From contig OX597821.1 of the NCBI GenBank assembly GCA_951406725.2, positions 66,340,001 through 66,404,000 on the forward strand: DNA of 64,000 nt, given 5' to 3'. The number at the start of each line of letters is the position of its first letter. Position 1 is the first letter of the stretch. The notes below the pieces were generated by a model, which made no database searches, was not told where the DNA came from, and was given only the letters and a program-made list of their open reading frames with translations. The position numbers and the translations under genes were made by a program. This document shows, piece after piece, positions 28,350 through 40,819 of this stretch. Origin of the DNA: Octopus vulgaris. Lineage: Eukaryota.

Positions 28350-30058
28350 AGGGAAAGTTTACAAAAATAAACAAACGACGAAGGCAGTTGGTGTACAAAC
28401 AAATAGATGTATTAGTATAGCGCTCAGGAATACGAAAAGTCTTTTACGTTTCGAGCCTACGCTCTTCTACAGAAAGGTACACAGAAAAAAACAAGGAGAG
28501 AAAAAAATGTGTGTAGTAGCTAACGATCTATCATAGCGTCTGACTTCGGACAGAATGATCAGACGGGAGAGGGGAAGTAGGGGAGATAACAAGGTCAAGA
28601 TGACCTCCAATACGATGGAGCCCCCAACAAAAAGGTGCATGTGTGTATAAGAGAGTATGTGTAAATGTAGGGATAAACGAATTAGACAGATCAATATATA
28701 AAGTATTTTAAATACATGAAATACAAAAAATGTATATACTTATATAAAAAGGTCCAAATACACAAAGTACAAATGATATAGAGAATTAAAAGGGTGAAAG
28801 AGAAGTATTAAAAATCCAACACCTGTTTCTGGGGCGTCGGTGGTCCATAATAATGTTTGTAGATTGTTTGTATGACAGGATTAGACGAACCTCCGTCTTC
28901 AAGGAAATCATCTTAGATTTGAGATGAAGTTCAAAGGTAGAATGGCTGAATGTGGAGGGCTAAATGTATTAAAGGGGAGAACTGGGGGAGCGGGTAGTAA
29001 GATAAGGAATAGTTAGGGGAGATGTAATGTAAGAGTGGGTGTTAATAAAGAGGCCAGTAGGGAGTAGTTGTAGAGGGGGAAAGAAGGAGGATAAGAGAAG
29101 GGTGGGTTAGGTAATATGTAAATGGTAGTCTATTGTATTAGGTTAGTTTGAGTTTGTGAGAAAAGGGAATGGCCATTATATGAGGGAAATAAGATATTAG
29201 TTCAGTGGTTAAAATATGTAGAGAGATACGAGAGAAGATAGAAGGGGGTGGACAGACTGGTGGGGTGAGCTGGTAGTCGATAAAGCACTGTTTAGGGGGA
29301 TAAAGAATTTGGGTTCGTATTGGAGAGGGTGTATAGTGTTATGCTGAGATGTATGAAATTGAATAGAAGGAACTGAATAGGGAGGGAGTAAAGTTGACAG
29401 GTTAATATCAATGGAGTGGGGGAAATATTAAGAACTTTTGGTAAGGAGTAGTGAGAGGAAACCACTTGAGAAGGTGGAGAGGCTATTGAGGAGGGGGAAA
29501 GTCGTGACTTAGAAGAATTTGGAAAGGTCAGTATGAGAAAGAATAGTTTAAAGAGGGTAGAAATTTTGGAGGTAGTAGGTTGATAGGCTGACCTCGTCTT
29601 TGTTGAAGTTTAATTTTGAGTATGGATACATATAGTTGCAGGATAATATAATAATATAAGCGTGAATGATGAGTAGAACTTGTGTTTACAAGGGAGTATT
29701 ACATCTGAGAATCTATTAAGTAATGAGGGGTATTAGGCAATGAGGTGAAGAGTGGTTAGCGATTCTCTTAAACATAATTTACACATAACGATGTTTGTAT
29801 TGTATGAGGGAAGCCTCACTTACCATGGCCAGAATAGAGTATATGGAATATTTTGGGATTTAAGGTTGTGTATATAATTTGCGTGTATATTAATATTAGG
29901 GTAATCTAATATCGATTGATTTTCGTTATTTTTCCTCTCTGCCTTCGTGGGTTGTTTTCGAGTAATTTTTTTTTTTTTCCGGGAGTCTCTTTTTAAAGTA
30001 GAAGAAATAGCTAAGGTTCTCTGGCTGCTATTTCTAAACTTCGGTATGTGGTAAAGCA
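28350..30058 (-). mobile_element. 3' portion of a Naiad-type PLE: endonuclease C-terminus, long C-rich 3' region, hammerhead-bearing terminus
   Basis: rc ANYIHNLKSQNIPYTLFW...LPSYNTNIVMCKLCLRE (29750-30055); motifs TTGAAGA...GAAACAGGTGTT (28815-28905) and CTGTAGA-A-GAGC/GCTC-GAAACGTA (28440-28476). Confidence 0.6.
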
Positions 30059-30104
30059 AATCTTTGCTGAACCCTATTATAAAGTATATGTATATATATG
30101 TATA

Positions 30105-30155
<51 letters not shown>

Positions 30156-30674
30156 TCCATTTTTCTGGTTTCCACTGAGGCCATGCTACAGCACCACCTT
30201 TCATTGTGGTTGCGTTTCTTTTCGTTGGCACTTCTTGTGCACATATGTTTTGGGGGTACTGAACATCTACACAGTTCACTTTCAAATGGCCCATTGAATC
30301 AACTGTAAACAGGAGCAATGAGTAGGTACAACACAATGTTTTAAATAAGTGAAAAGTTTCTATAATTCCTGAGTGACTGATCAGTATGCAGTACTTAATT
30401 CTCTGTAGATATGAGAGAGTCTAGCGCTAAAATGCGATATGTCTAAAGAAAGTTTACGCTGATATCTATGTGAACTTGTCGACCTATAAGTTTGATGGAA
30501 ACCATATATTTATATAATCGTACAACCAAAGGCAAATGTAATAAGAGAGTCTGAAATAAAACATTTGACTATGACAGTTTAAACATTTGCTATAGTTTCA
30601 TCGTAGAGGTGATTATACTGTCTGAACTTCGACTGAAATTAATGTTTACTTCGGGCCCACGCTTGACAACAAAC

Positions 30675-30714
<40 letters not shown>

Positions 30715-30854
30715 CACACAACACACATGTACACACACACACACACACACACATGCACACACGCACGCACATGCACACGCGCAAACTCGTACCACATGCA
30801 AATATGTAAAGTTATATAATTAGATACCTATAGAGACTTATATGCATACATATA

Positions 30855-31267
30855 CTCTTTTACTTGTTTCAGTCCTTTGACTGGGGCCATGCTGGAGCAC
30901 CACCTTTAGTCGAGTAAATCGACCCCAGGAATTATTCTTTGTAAGCCTAGTACTTATTCTATCGGTCTCTTTTGCCGAACCGCTAGGTTACGGGGACGTA
31001 AACACACCAGCATCGGTTGTCAAGTGATGCTGGGGGGAGGGGAGGACAAACACAGTCAAGAAACATATATACACACATACATATATATATATGTACATAT
31101 ATACGACGGGCTTCTTTCAGTTTCTGTCTATCAAATCCACTCGCAAGGCTATGGTAGGCCCGAGGCTATAGTAGAAGAGACTTGCCCAAGGTGCAACGCA
31201 GTCGACTGAACCCGGAACCATGTGGTTGGTAAGCAAGCTACTTACCACACAGCCACTCCTACGCCTA
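30855..31267 (-). mobile_element. SINE A, near full length
   Basis: Collinear with other copies; further copies or fragments at 13395-13655, 17845-18047, 37936-38365, 42710-42810, 44040-44720, 45095-45750, 46815-47140, 47469-47851, 49490-49690, 52500-52720, 53380-53530, 56460-56765. Confidence 0.85.
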
Positions 31268-31744
31268 TACACATGTATTTCCTTATGTCTCAAATGTGCT
31301 CCACTTTTTGTGTACCTACCTAATTTTGTATGTGTTGCTGGAGTCAAGTTAAGACTACACTATGTTGCCCACTGAGTTAGCTGTTCCCTCGTCTCAAAGA
31401 GAAATAAATTACTTTTCCCTCAGCAAAATGTTACTGCTGGAGAATGAATGTTCGGGATTATCACCCGTTCGTAACTGGAACCGGTTGCAATGGCCGATAG
31501 GAGTTAGTTTACATTCTCGTGAAGAGAAGATCATTTGAATAAATCGATAAGATTCTTAAAGAAACCTTTCTTCGATTTTGTCCAAAGTCATGTCGATAAC
31601 AGATCAAAGTTCTTTCCCACAGGTTGTTTTATATACTCATTCCGCATAGTGTGTTTGTGTTTGTATATATATACATACGTGTGTACATGCATACATACAT
31701 AGATACATACATACACACACACATACATACATACATACATACAT

Positions 31745-31777
<33 letters not shown>

Positions 31778-31778
31778 T

Positions 31779-31865
<87 letters not shown>

Positions 31866-32255
31866 GTTAATCCAAACAAGAAAACACAAAAAAAACACAG
31901 CAACGCGAGGACGTGGAGCAAATAAAGTATTATTGGACGCTAAGGAAAGAAGGGGAGAAGGAGGGCTTAACGTTTCGAGCGGAGCTCATCGTCGGAAACA
32001 TAGGAGAAGGGAAGATCCCGAGAAGGGAAGACAGAGGAAAAAAATCGCTGGCGGTGCTCACGAAGTCACATGTTGAAAGAACGGAAGTTGAAAACACATA
32101 TAATTCGCGTGTCCATTTCTCTTTTTTATCCATCTGTGATTTTATTTTTGACCTATATAACTGAAGATATTCCCTCCGTCTGGATCCTTTTCTTTCTACA
32201 AAACGAGAAATTATACATTACGGAACTGTTATATTATTTTAATGAGTTGTATCTA

Positions 32256-32363
32256 TTTACACCCCGACGAGATACACCTGCACTACCGGATGCTCCTGAA
32301 CTAGTTGTTGAGTGTCCCACCCAAGAGGAATCGATGCTAGATGTGTCGAAACAACTGTCGTGA
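32256..32363 (+). ncRNA. Hammerhead-like motif, CCGACGA core, long stem II
   Basis: TACAC..CCGACGA-GATACACCT...AGATGTGTC-GAAAC-AACT-GTC-GTGA. Confidence 0.6.
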
Positions 32364-32407
32364 TTAATAATAATTTCTCGTATATTCCATCTACCGTCTT
32401 TCATTTG

Positions 32408-32438
<31 letters not shown>

Positions 32439-32448
<10 letters not shown>

Positions 32449-32602
32449 TATTAGAGACAAAACCACTATTTTGCAAAACAAACAAGGAAAGACTTAATCA
32501 ATACATAAAATTTTAATAAATTTATTAAAATTTTATGTATTGATTAAGTCTTTCCTTGTTTGTTTTGCAAAATAGTGGTTTTGTCTCTAATAATATTTTA
32601 TA
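32439..32602. repeat. Perfect spacerless palindrome, 82-bp arms
   Basis: Centre AATAAA|TTTATT at 32520/32521. Confidence 0.95.
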
Positions 32603-32681
32603 ATATTTTACTATAAAATTGGATTTAATCCTAAATCTGATTTTTTCCCTGTAAATTTGGATTTATTCCCTAATATTTATT

Positions 32682-32731
<50 letters not shown>

Positions 32732-32881
32732 CATATTCTTTCTTCCTTCTCTTATGTTTCCGACGAAGAGCTCCGCTCGAAATGTCATAACCTCCTTCTT
32801 CCATTTTCCTGAGCGCCTAATAATAATAATAATGTAATTGTTCCACGTGTTGTTGTTTTTTCTGTTTTCCCGTTTGGATTA

Positions 32882-32933
<52 letters not shown>

Positions 32934-33054
32934 TGAATACACATATAGTCGTGAGCAAAAGTAGGGAGTAGTAGTTTAATATCATTTAAACATTAATCAA
33001 ATGTTCGTTTTATGTTATTGTTTCCTTCTTTTTACCTGAGCTATTCATAAGTCG

Positions 33055-33354
33055 ACTAATATATCTAGTTCATTGGAAGTCTTCTTTTATGATTTCTGGG
33101 GACTTCGACTGAAAGTTTGAACCACAGGCATTTCATCCCCTTCATTGTTAACATAGATCAGTCGACCACTTTTTATGCATTGCACATGGATCCAGTCTAC
33201 TCAAGTTTGTCACGTATATTCTGTAAACTGTTAATCTTCACTAAGAAGGCTTTTGAATTCTTCAGTCCGTTTCTGGCAAACCCTTTCTGCATTCTGTTTC
33301 CCAGAACCGCTTGATGATCCACTTTCGTTCATCTATGGTCAAATTTCCATCCAT
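33055..33354 (-). pseudogene. Tc1/mariner-superfamily transposase N-terminal HTH remnant (DUF4817-like)
   Basis: rc MDGNLTIDERKWIIKRFWETE...RLTVYRI.RDKLE*TGSM...SGR...FSRSPQKS with stops and frameshifts. Confidence 0.65.
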
Positions 33355-33589
33355 TCAATAATTATCTGAAATTGGGAATAATCATTTTATTTTTAAAAAG
33401 AATTAGTTAAAAAGAACAAAGAATCGTAGAATACTTATCCTAAAAAAGATAACAGGGAATTGAAAAAAAGCAAAACAAAACATTTCATTCATATTAAGCA
33501 ACTGTGTACCTACTTTAGTACCCCCGCGTACACACACACGCGTAAACACAGGCGCGTGCGCGAGCACACACAAATAGGCATAGAGATAG

Positions 33590-33773
33590 ATAGATCGACA
33601 GATAGATAATTAGATAGACAGATGGATAGATAGATAGGTGGATGGATAGTTAGATAAATGGATGGATGGATGGATGGTTCGATGGATGGATGAATGGATA
33701 AATGGACAGATGGTCAGATGGATAGATAGATAAATAGACAGCTAAATGGATAGATAGATAAATGGATAGATGT

Positions 33774-33814
<41 letters not shown>

Positions 33815-33825
33815 CAGATAGATAG

Positions 33826-33856
<31 letters not shown>

Positions 33857-33942
33857 GATAGACAGATAGATGGATGGATGGATGGATGGATAGATAGATG
33901 GATGGATTGAGAGATAGATTAATAGATGGATTGCTAAATAGA

Positions 33943-33945
<3 letters not shown>
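33590..33945. repeat. (GATA)/(GATG) tetranucleotide tract, continued at 36660-36922
   Basis: Directly visible on both sides of the Penelope insertion. Confidence 0.9.
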
Positions 33946-33975
<30 letters not shown>

Positions 33976-33978
<3 letters not shown>

Positions 33979-34584
33979 AAAGTTTGTTTGGTAAAGCACG
34001 TGGGTGAATATATAAGAAAATAGTAAAGTGTGAAAAAACGACAGAAGGCTTAAATGTTAAAAAATATATATATTTGTGTCAAAATGTCTGGAGAATATTG
34101 GAAAAATTTTTTTTCCTTTCCTTAAAATGACATAATTTAAAAATTTTTAAAGAAATTACCGGTTTCGCGTGTAGCCTTTCAAATTTCTTGTGACGTTATG
34201 TTTATATTGCATGGAGTTATCGTTGTTTTTATTTCCAGGAGATTTCTAAATAAGGGGAGGTAGTGAGTGATTTCTTCCGGTGTAGGGGAGATAATCGCTT
34301 AAAAAATTTTTTCCCTTTTCCTTGTTAATTTCTCTGTGTCAGTATGTTCGGATGGTTGAGTCTGGGTTTGTACTTTTCAATGAAGAATGTTTCCTTGTTC
34401 AGTCTCATTTGTGTTGATGATCCGAAAGCACATTGGTAAAATGGGAAGATTAAAAATTGTGGCAGTAGTTGCTTTGCGCATTTCTCAATGTGCTCACTAA
34501 AAGGTATCATTCTATATTCTGGGAATGCAATCTGTTGTCGATGCAGTGTGCATCTACGCCTGAGTGATAGTCCCGTGGAACCCA
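33976..34584 (-). mobile_element. Inverted copy of the Penelope 3' end (pseudo-LTR; corresponds to 36066-36640)
   Basis: Encodes the identical C-terminal peptide GSTGLSLRRRC...LTQRN plus 3' UTR; few mismatches. Confidence 0.95.
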
Positions 34585-36325
34585 TGAAAAGGAACTGACA
34601 ACCAAAGAGATTAATTTCCTAACAAACTTTAAATGCAAACCTAGCCTTTTCTATGGTCTGCCAAAAATTCATAAAAGTCAAATTATAAATGAAACCATTA
34701 AAAAATCACCAAAGACATACATACACACACCTAATCCGGGGGACCTAAAACTACGACCCATTGTAGCTGGCCCAACCTGTGAAACACACAGACTAAGTCT
34801 ACTTATGGACATCCTCTTGAAACCCTTCCTTAAACATATCGATAGCCATATCAGAGATGACTTAGATATGTTAAACCACCTTCCAAAAAAAACCAAGGAA
34901 GAAACAATCCTGGTTTCATTTGATGTAGTCAACTTGTATACCAGTATACCTCATAATTATGGACTGGAGGCAATACAATTCTGGTTAGACCAATTTCCGG
35001 AAGAAATACCAAAAAGGATCAGTAAGGAATTCATTACTAAATCAATTGAATTCATCCTACACAATAACCACTTCATGTTTGACAATACATTTTACCGTCA
35101 AAAATCCGGAATTGCTATGGGTACAAGGGCAGCACCAGTCATTGCGAACTTAACAATGGGATACATGGAAATAATCATTTACCAGGAATCTCTATCAATC
35201 TTTGGAAACTCCCTCTCTCAATACATAAAAGAGAATTGGAAACGATTCCTAGACGATTGTTTCATTCTCTGGAATGAAAACATAGATAAACTCCTAAAAT
35301 TTAAAAACCTATTGAACAGCATAAACCCAAATATACAGCTCACAATGGAATACAACCAAAAGGAGCTCCCGTTCTTGGATATACTAATTAAAAAAATTAA
35401 CCTTAAAATAGAAACAGACATTTTTTACAAAGCCACAGACGCCAAACAATACCTTCTTTTTAATTCATGCCACCCAAGACACACTAAAACAAACATCCCC
35501 TTCAACCTTGCAAGAAGGATATGCACAATAGTGTCAGAACAAAATACCAGGAACTTTAGACTGCAAGAACTCAAAAACACCCTAATTGACAGACATTACC
35601 CAGCTCAACTCATAGAGGATGGGATCAGACGTGCAACAGAAATCAACATAGAAACTTTAAGAAAAGTTCAACACAACAACACACCTTCCCCGAAAATACT
35701 ACCTTACATATCTACATACAACCCCAGAAACAAAGAAGCCTTCACCATCATCACCCAGAATTTACCAATACTTCATAAAAACCCAAAATTAAAGGAAATT
35801 CTAAACATACACCAAATCATTAAAAGCTACAAACAGCCTAAATCACTTAAAAAGATTCTCACAAAGGCAAAATTGTCTTCTAAAATTACGGATGCAAAAG
35901 TAAAAAAATGTGGTAGATCGAACTGTGCAACATGTCCTAACCTATTGGAAGGATCAGAATTCTTCTTTAAAGAGGGACAGAAATTCAAGATCAAATCTAA
36001 CTTTACTTGTGCCTCTGAAAACATAATTTATGTTATTAAATGCTCGGGCTGCCACCAAGACTACGTGGGTTCCACGGGACTATCACTCAGGCGTAGATGC
36101 ACACTGCATCGACAACAGATTGCATTCCCAGAATATAGAATGATACCTTTTAGTGAGCACATTGAGAAATGCGCAAAGCAACTACTGCCACAATTTTTAA
36201 TCTTCCCATTTTACCAATGTGCTTTCGGATCATCAACACAAATGAGACTGAACAAGGAAACATTCTTCATTGAAAAGTACAAACCCAGACTCAACCATCC
36301 GAACATACTGACACAGAGAAATTAA
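34583..36325 (+). CDS. Penelope-like element reverse transcriptase + GIY-YIG endonuclease (Neptune-like), 5'-truncated
   Basis: Frame open from the inversion junction: YGLPKIHK, RPIV, SFDVVNLYTSIP, QKSGIAMGT, RFLDD, LPFLDI, CGRSNCATC linker, NIIYVIKC..C..DYVGST; first Met at 34805. Confidence 0.95.
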   Translation, partial: HEKELTTKEINFLTNFKCKPSLFYGLPKIHKSQIINETIKKSPKTYIHTPNPGDLKLRPIVAGPTCETHRLSLLMDILLKPFLKHIDSHIRDDLDMLNHLPKKTKEETILVSFDVVNLYTSIPHNYGLEAIQFWLDQFPEEIPKRISKEFITKSIEFILHNNHFMFDNTFYRQKSGIAMGTRAAPVIANLTMGYMEIIIYQESLSIFGNSLSQYIKENWKRFLDDCFILWNENIDKLLKFKNLLNSINPNIQLTMEYNQKELPFLDILIKKINLKIETDIFYKATDAKQYLLFNSCHPRHTKTNIPFNLARRICTIVSEQNTRNFRLQELKNTLIDRHYPAQLIEDGIRRATEINIETLRKVQHNNTPSPKILPYISTYNPRNKEAFTIITQNLPILHKNPKLKEILNIHQIIKSYKQPKSLKKILTKAKLSSKITDAKVKKCGRSNCATCPNLLEGSEFFFKEGQKFKIKSNFTCASENIIYVIKCSGCHQDYVGSTGLSLRRRCTLHRQQIAFPEYRMIPFSEHIEKCAKQLLPQFLIFPFYQCAFGSSTQMRLNKETFFIEKYKPRLNHPNILTQRN

Positions 36326-36461
36326 CAAGGAAATGGGAAAAAAATTTTTTAAGCGATTATCTCCCCTACACCGGAAGAAATCACTCACTACCTCCCCTTA
36401 TTTAGAAATCTCCTGGAAATAAAAACAACGATAACTCCATGCAATATAAACATAACGTCAC

Positions 36462-36501
36462 AAGAAATTTGAAAAGCTACACGCGAAACCGGTAATTTCT
36501 T
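36462..36501 (+). ncRNA. Minimal hammerhead, U3-A8 variant, in Penelope 3' UTR (mirror copy 34150-34189 minus)
   Basis: AAGAAAT-TTGAAA(A/G)-GC-TACAC-GC-GAAAC-CG-GTA-ATTTCTT; perfect 7-bp stem I. Confidence 0.75.
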
Positions 36502-36657
36502 TAAAAATTTTAAAATTATTTCATTTTAAGGAAAGGAAAAAAAATTTTTCCAATATTCTCCAGACATTTTGACACAAATATATATATTTTTTAACATTTA
36601 AGCCTTCTGTCGTTTTTTCACACTTTACTATTTTCTTATATATATATATATATATAT

Positions 36658-36723
<66 letters not shown>

Positions 36724-36809
36724 GGACAGATAGATGGATGGATGGATGGATAGATAGATAGATGGATTGAGAGATAGATTAATAGATGGATTGATAAATA
36801 GATTATTAA

Positions 36810-36873
<64 letters not shown>

Positions 36874-37345
36874 GTAGATAGATAGAGAGATAGACGGATG
36901 AATGGATGGATGGATGGATAGATACACAGATCTCTACCAGAAAAAAACATATGTTCATTTGCACCCATAAACACTGAAACTCCTGGTTATATAGGAGCGG
37001 AAACTATAATCTCGCGTAACTGATAGTTTGCAGGCAAATAAAAATGCTTATCGTTCATACATTATGCTGAGGGAATTCGTTTAGCATAAGTGTACAAATA
37101 TACATGAAATTCTTTCCGTAAAATTCCGTCCTGTAACACTTTAATGTCGTTGTTCCTCAAATTCCACCGATTGATATTTATTTCTTTATTAGAAATCAGC
37201 CTCTTCTCTTTCATACGGAGAATTTATAGACTATTAAAAAGGAGGATAACACAGATTAGCGTAGATTAGATCATATACCTGTGTGTGTTTATGAATGTAT
37301 TTATATCTGTACATATACCTATACATCACTATATTATATTCCTTT

Positions 37346-37384
<39 letters not shown>

Positions 37385-37389
37385 TATAT

Positions 37390-37750
37390 GGGCACAGGAC
37401 GTCACGAAACATGTGCAACAATAAATACGAAGTACGAGTACATGGAATAATGATATATTTTTTCGAACAACGGAAGACACAAATGGAAAACAAAACAAAC
37501 AACATGAAGAAGGACCCTTCATCCGCTGTTGGCTGTTTTTCTGCTCTCATATTTCGAGCATTTAACAACAATATGCGTTTTCGGTAAAACAGTTGCTCCC
37601 GCAAAGCAAATTAAATAAAATTTCGGATTTTGCGGAGGGTTTGTCTTGTTTTCCATTTCTGTCTTTCGTTGTTCGAAAATAATAGTTCATATTCCATGTA
37701 GTCGTACTTCGTATATTTTGTTGTACACGTTTTGTGAGGTCATGTGGCTA
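37390..37750. mobile_element. Diverged fold-back of PLE-like terminal repeat in (TA)n
   Basis: 37390-37500 is the reverse complement of 37640-37750; interior is homologous to 2755-2878. Confidence 0.7.
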
Positions 37751-38121
37751 CATATATATATATATATATATATATATAGATAAGGCAATATATATGGGCA
37801 ACAGTTGGGACAAAGGCGCATACAGATGAGAAGCACCCCAGAGGAGATCAGAAAGCCCATGATGGGACTCTAGTATGACTGCAGTCGCGTGGCTGAAACG
37901 AATAAAAGTATGTGTGTGTGTGTATATATATATATTCTTTTATCTGTTTCAGTAATTTCACTGCGGCCATGCTGGAGCAGCGCCTTTAGTCGAAAATATC
38001 GACCCCAGGACGTATTGTAAGCGTGGTACTTATTCTATCGGTCTCTTTTGACGAACCGCTAAGTTACGGGGACGTAAACACACCGGCATTGGTTGTCCAG
38101 CGATGGTGGGCACACACACAA

Positions 38122-38221
<100 letters not shown>

Positions 38222-38363
38222 CACATGTATATAGGATGGGCTCCTTTTCAGTTTCCGCCTACCAAATCTACTCACAAGTCTTTGGTCGGCCCGAGTGTAT
38301 ACTAGAAGACTGAACCCAGAGCCATGTGGTAGGTAAGCAGGCTAGTTACCACACACCAACTCC

Positions 38364-38398
<35 letters not shown>

Positions 38399-39201
38399 AT
38401 ATATGATAAATATATGTATATATACTTACATATATGCACATACTTACACATATATGTATATACACATGCACATATGGGTACAGGACATCAAAAAACGTGG
38501 ACACAATGTGAAACGAAAACATAAAAACAAATACGTAGAAACGAACTCTTCATCGAAAAAAAGAAACAAGCAAACAGAGAACCTAAACATGCAACATAAA
38601 GAACATTCCCTTCATTAGTTGTCCCTGCTTCATCTACTCCTTGTTTCGAATTTCACCTTCCGCAAGAAATCCCAAATGTATATATGTATGTATGAATGTA
38701 TGTATGTATGTATGTATGTATGTATGTATGTATGTATGTATGCATCTACCAGCAAAAACAATACCTTGGGGATTAATAAAGTCACAGCAATTTCTTCCTT
38801 CATCTCCAAATTCCTTTTATTCCGTTCATTCTCACGTCTGTATCCTTACTTTTTTTCTTTTCCCTTCATAAAAATTAACATTTCCAGAAATTTGTCATTC
38901 AACCCGTAATTCTTTCATTCTTTCATTCTTTCATTCTTCCTTTCTTTCTAAATTGCAATTTTTTAACCTTTCCTTCGGTATAATTTCTTCTCTTTATCTT
39001 TATCCTTTATCTCTTATATTCACGCTTACGCTTCTTGCATTTTCCGTTTATTAATATTCATTTTCTTTTCGTTTTGTGTTTGCGTGTTTTTTAAAAATTT
39101 ATTTTAGTTCTTCGTTAATTTTCTTCCACATCACAAAGTTACCAAACGGCATTCTGGGTGCATTTTGGTGTGCAATTTTGTTTTTTGAATACATATTTAC
39201 A

Positions 39202-39238
<37 letters not shown>

Positions 39239-39497
39239 TCACACGCTTTAGGAATTCTTACATATCCCAAGTTCTCTCTATCCTCATCTCTCTCTCCCTC
39301 TCAGTCACTTAATCTCTCTATCCCATTTCTTGCTTTTTTCTCGTTTACTTTTTCATATATGTTATATGCGTGCATGTTTGTGTGTGTTCGTGTGTGTATG
39401 CGTGAGCATGTGTGAGATTGTGTTTTGTACGTATATATATGTATATATATATATATAATTATATATATATATATATATATGTATGAACGTATGTATG

Positions 39498-39531
<34 letters not shown>

Positions 39532-39545
39532 TGTATGTATGTATG

Positions 39546-39590
<45 letters not shown>

Positions 39591-39905
39591 TATGCATCTA
39601 TATAAATACATATATATATATATAATATATACATACATATATGCATGCATACTTATGTGCATCTAACGTAAATATTATACGTGACTTTAAACTTGCATTT
39701 GTGTTTATGCATGTATGAGATAAGACATTTGTACACAAATATATGTGTGCCTGCGCATGTGTGTATGTGTGTGCGTGTGCACGCGTGCTTGTGTGTATGG
39801 CATGTGTTCGCGCATGCGTGCATGTACGTGCGTCCGTATGCCGGTCTCTGTATGAAAGATAACATCTTTATATTTAAATATACATGCGTTTGCTTTCAAA
39901 CTCTA

Positions 39906-40117
39906 TTCTTCTTCTTCTTCTTCTTCTTCTTCTTCTTCTTCTTCTTCTTCTTCTTCTTCTTCTTCTTCTTCTTCTTCTTCTTCTTCTTCTTCTTCTTCTT
40001 CTTCTTCTTCTTCTTTTTCTTCTTCTTCTTCTTCTTCCTCTTTTTCTTCTTTCTTCATCTTCTGATCGTCATCATTATTATTATTATCATTATTATTATT
40101 ATTACCATCATCATCAT

Positions 40118-40205
<88 letters not shown>

Positions 40206-40224
40206 GTTATTGTCATTATTATTA

Positions 40225-40290
<66 letters not shown>
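39906..40290. repeat. Compound (TTC)n-(TTA/CAT)-(CTA)n-(TTA)n
   Basis: Directly visible. Confidence 0.95.
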
Positions 40291-40292
<2 letters not shown>

Positions 40293-40387
40293 TCATGCTT
40301 GTATTTTCTTTTCTTTTTCTTTAAAATATAATACGTGCATATTCGGATTTGTCTAATTTCTGTTTATATTTTGTTTACATACACAAT

Positions 40388-40448
<61 letters not shown>

Positions 40449-40449
40449 T

Positions 40450-40504
<55 letters not shown>

Positions 40505-40521
40505 TACATATGCACATGCAA

Positions 40522-40553
<32 letters not shown>

Positions 40554-40819
40554 GTATGTATGTATATACATGCACAAATAGCTGAGGCATATGTGTGCAG
40601 TTGTGTTCCTAGCAACATGAAATGCCACGTGGAAACATCTGTTTTGCGTTCGCTTTCACTTAGGCATTAAGTTCAGATGTGCAGTTTTCTTCTCTCTTTT
40701 GTTCCTCTTGATTTTTCGCTTCTTGTTATTCCATCATGTTGTAATTGTTATTGTTGTCGTAGTCTTTGTTGTTTTTGCTTTTTGCTATTGTTGATCTTCC
40801 GTGGCTCGTTTCTGCTAAT

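Larger units (their letters stand above)
31867..32885. mobile_element. Inverted pair of a PLE-like terminal repeat (31867-32060 minus, 32738-32885 plus) enclosing other inserts; third copy 43840-44010(-)
   Basis: GTTT-CCGACGA-(A/T)-GAGC-TCC-GCTC-GAAA(C/T)-GT(T/C) in both arms; ends TTTGGATTAAC-(TA)n. Confidence 0.75.

Noticed and set aside
34325-34585. Separate 86-aa gene
   Set aside because: It is the inverted duplicate of the Penelope C-terminus
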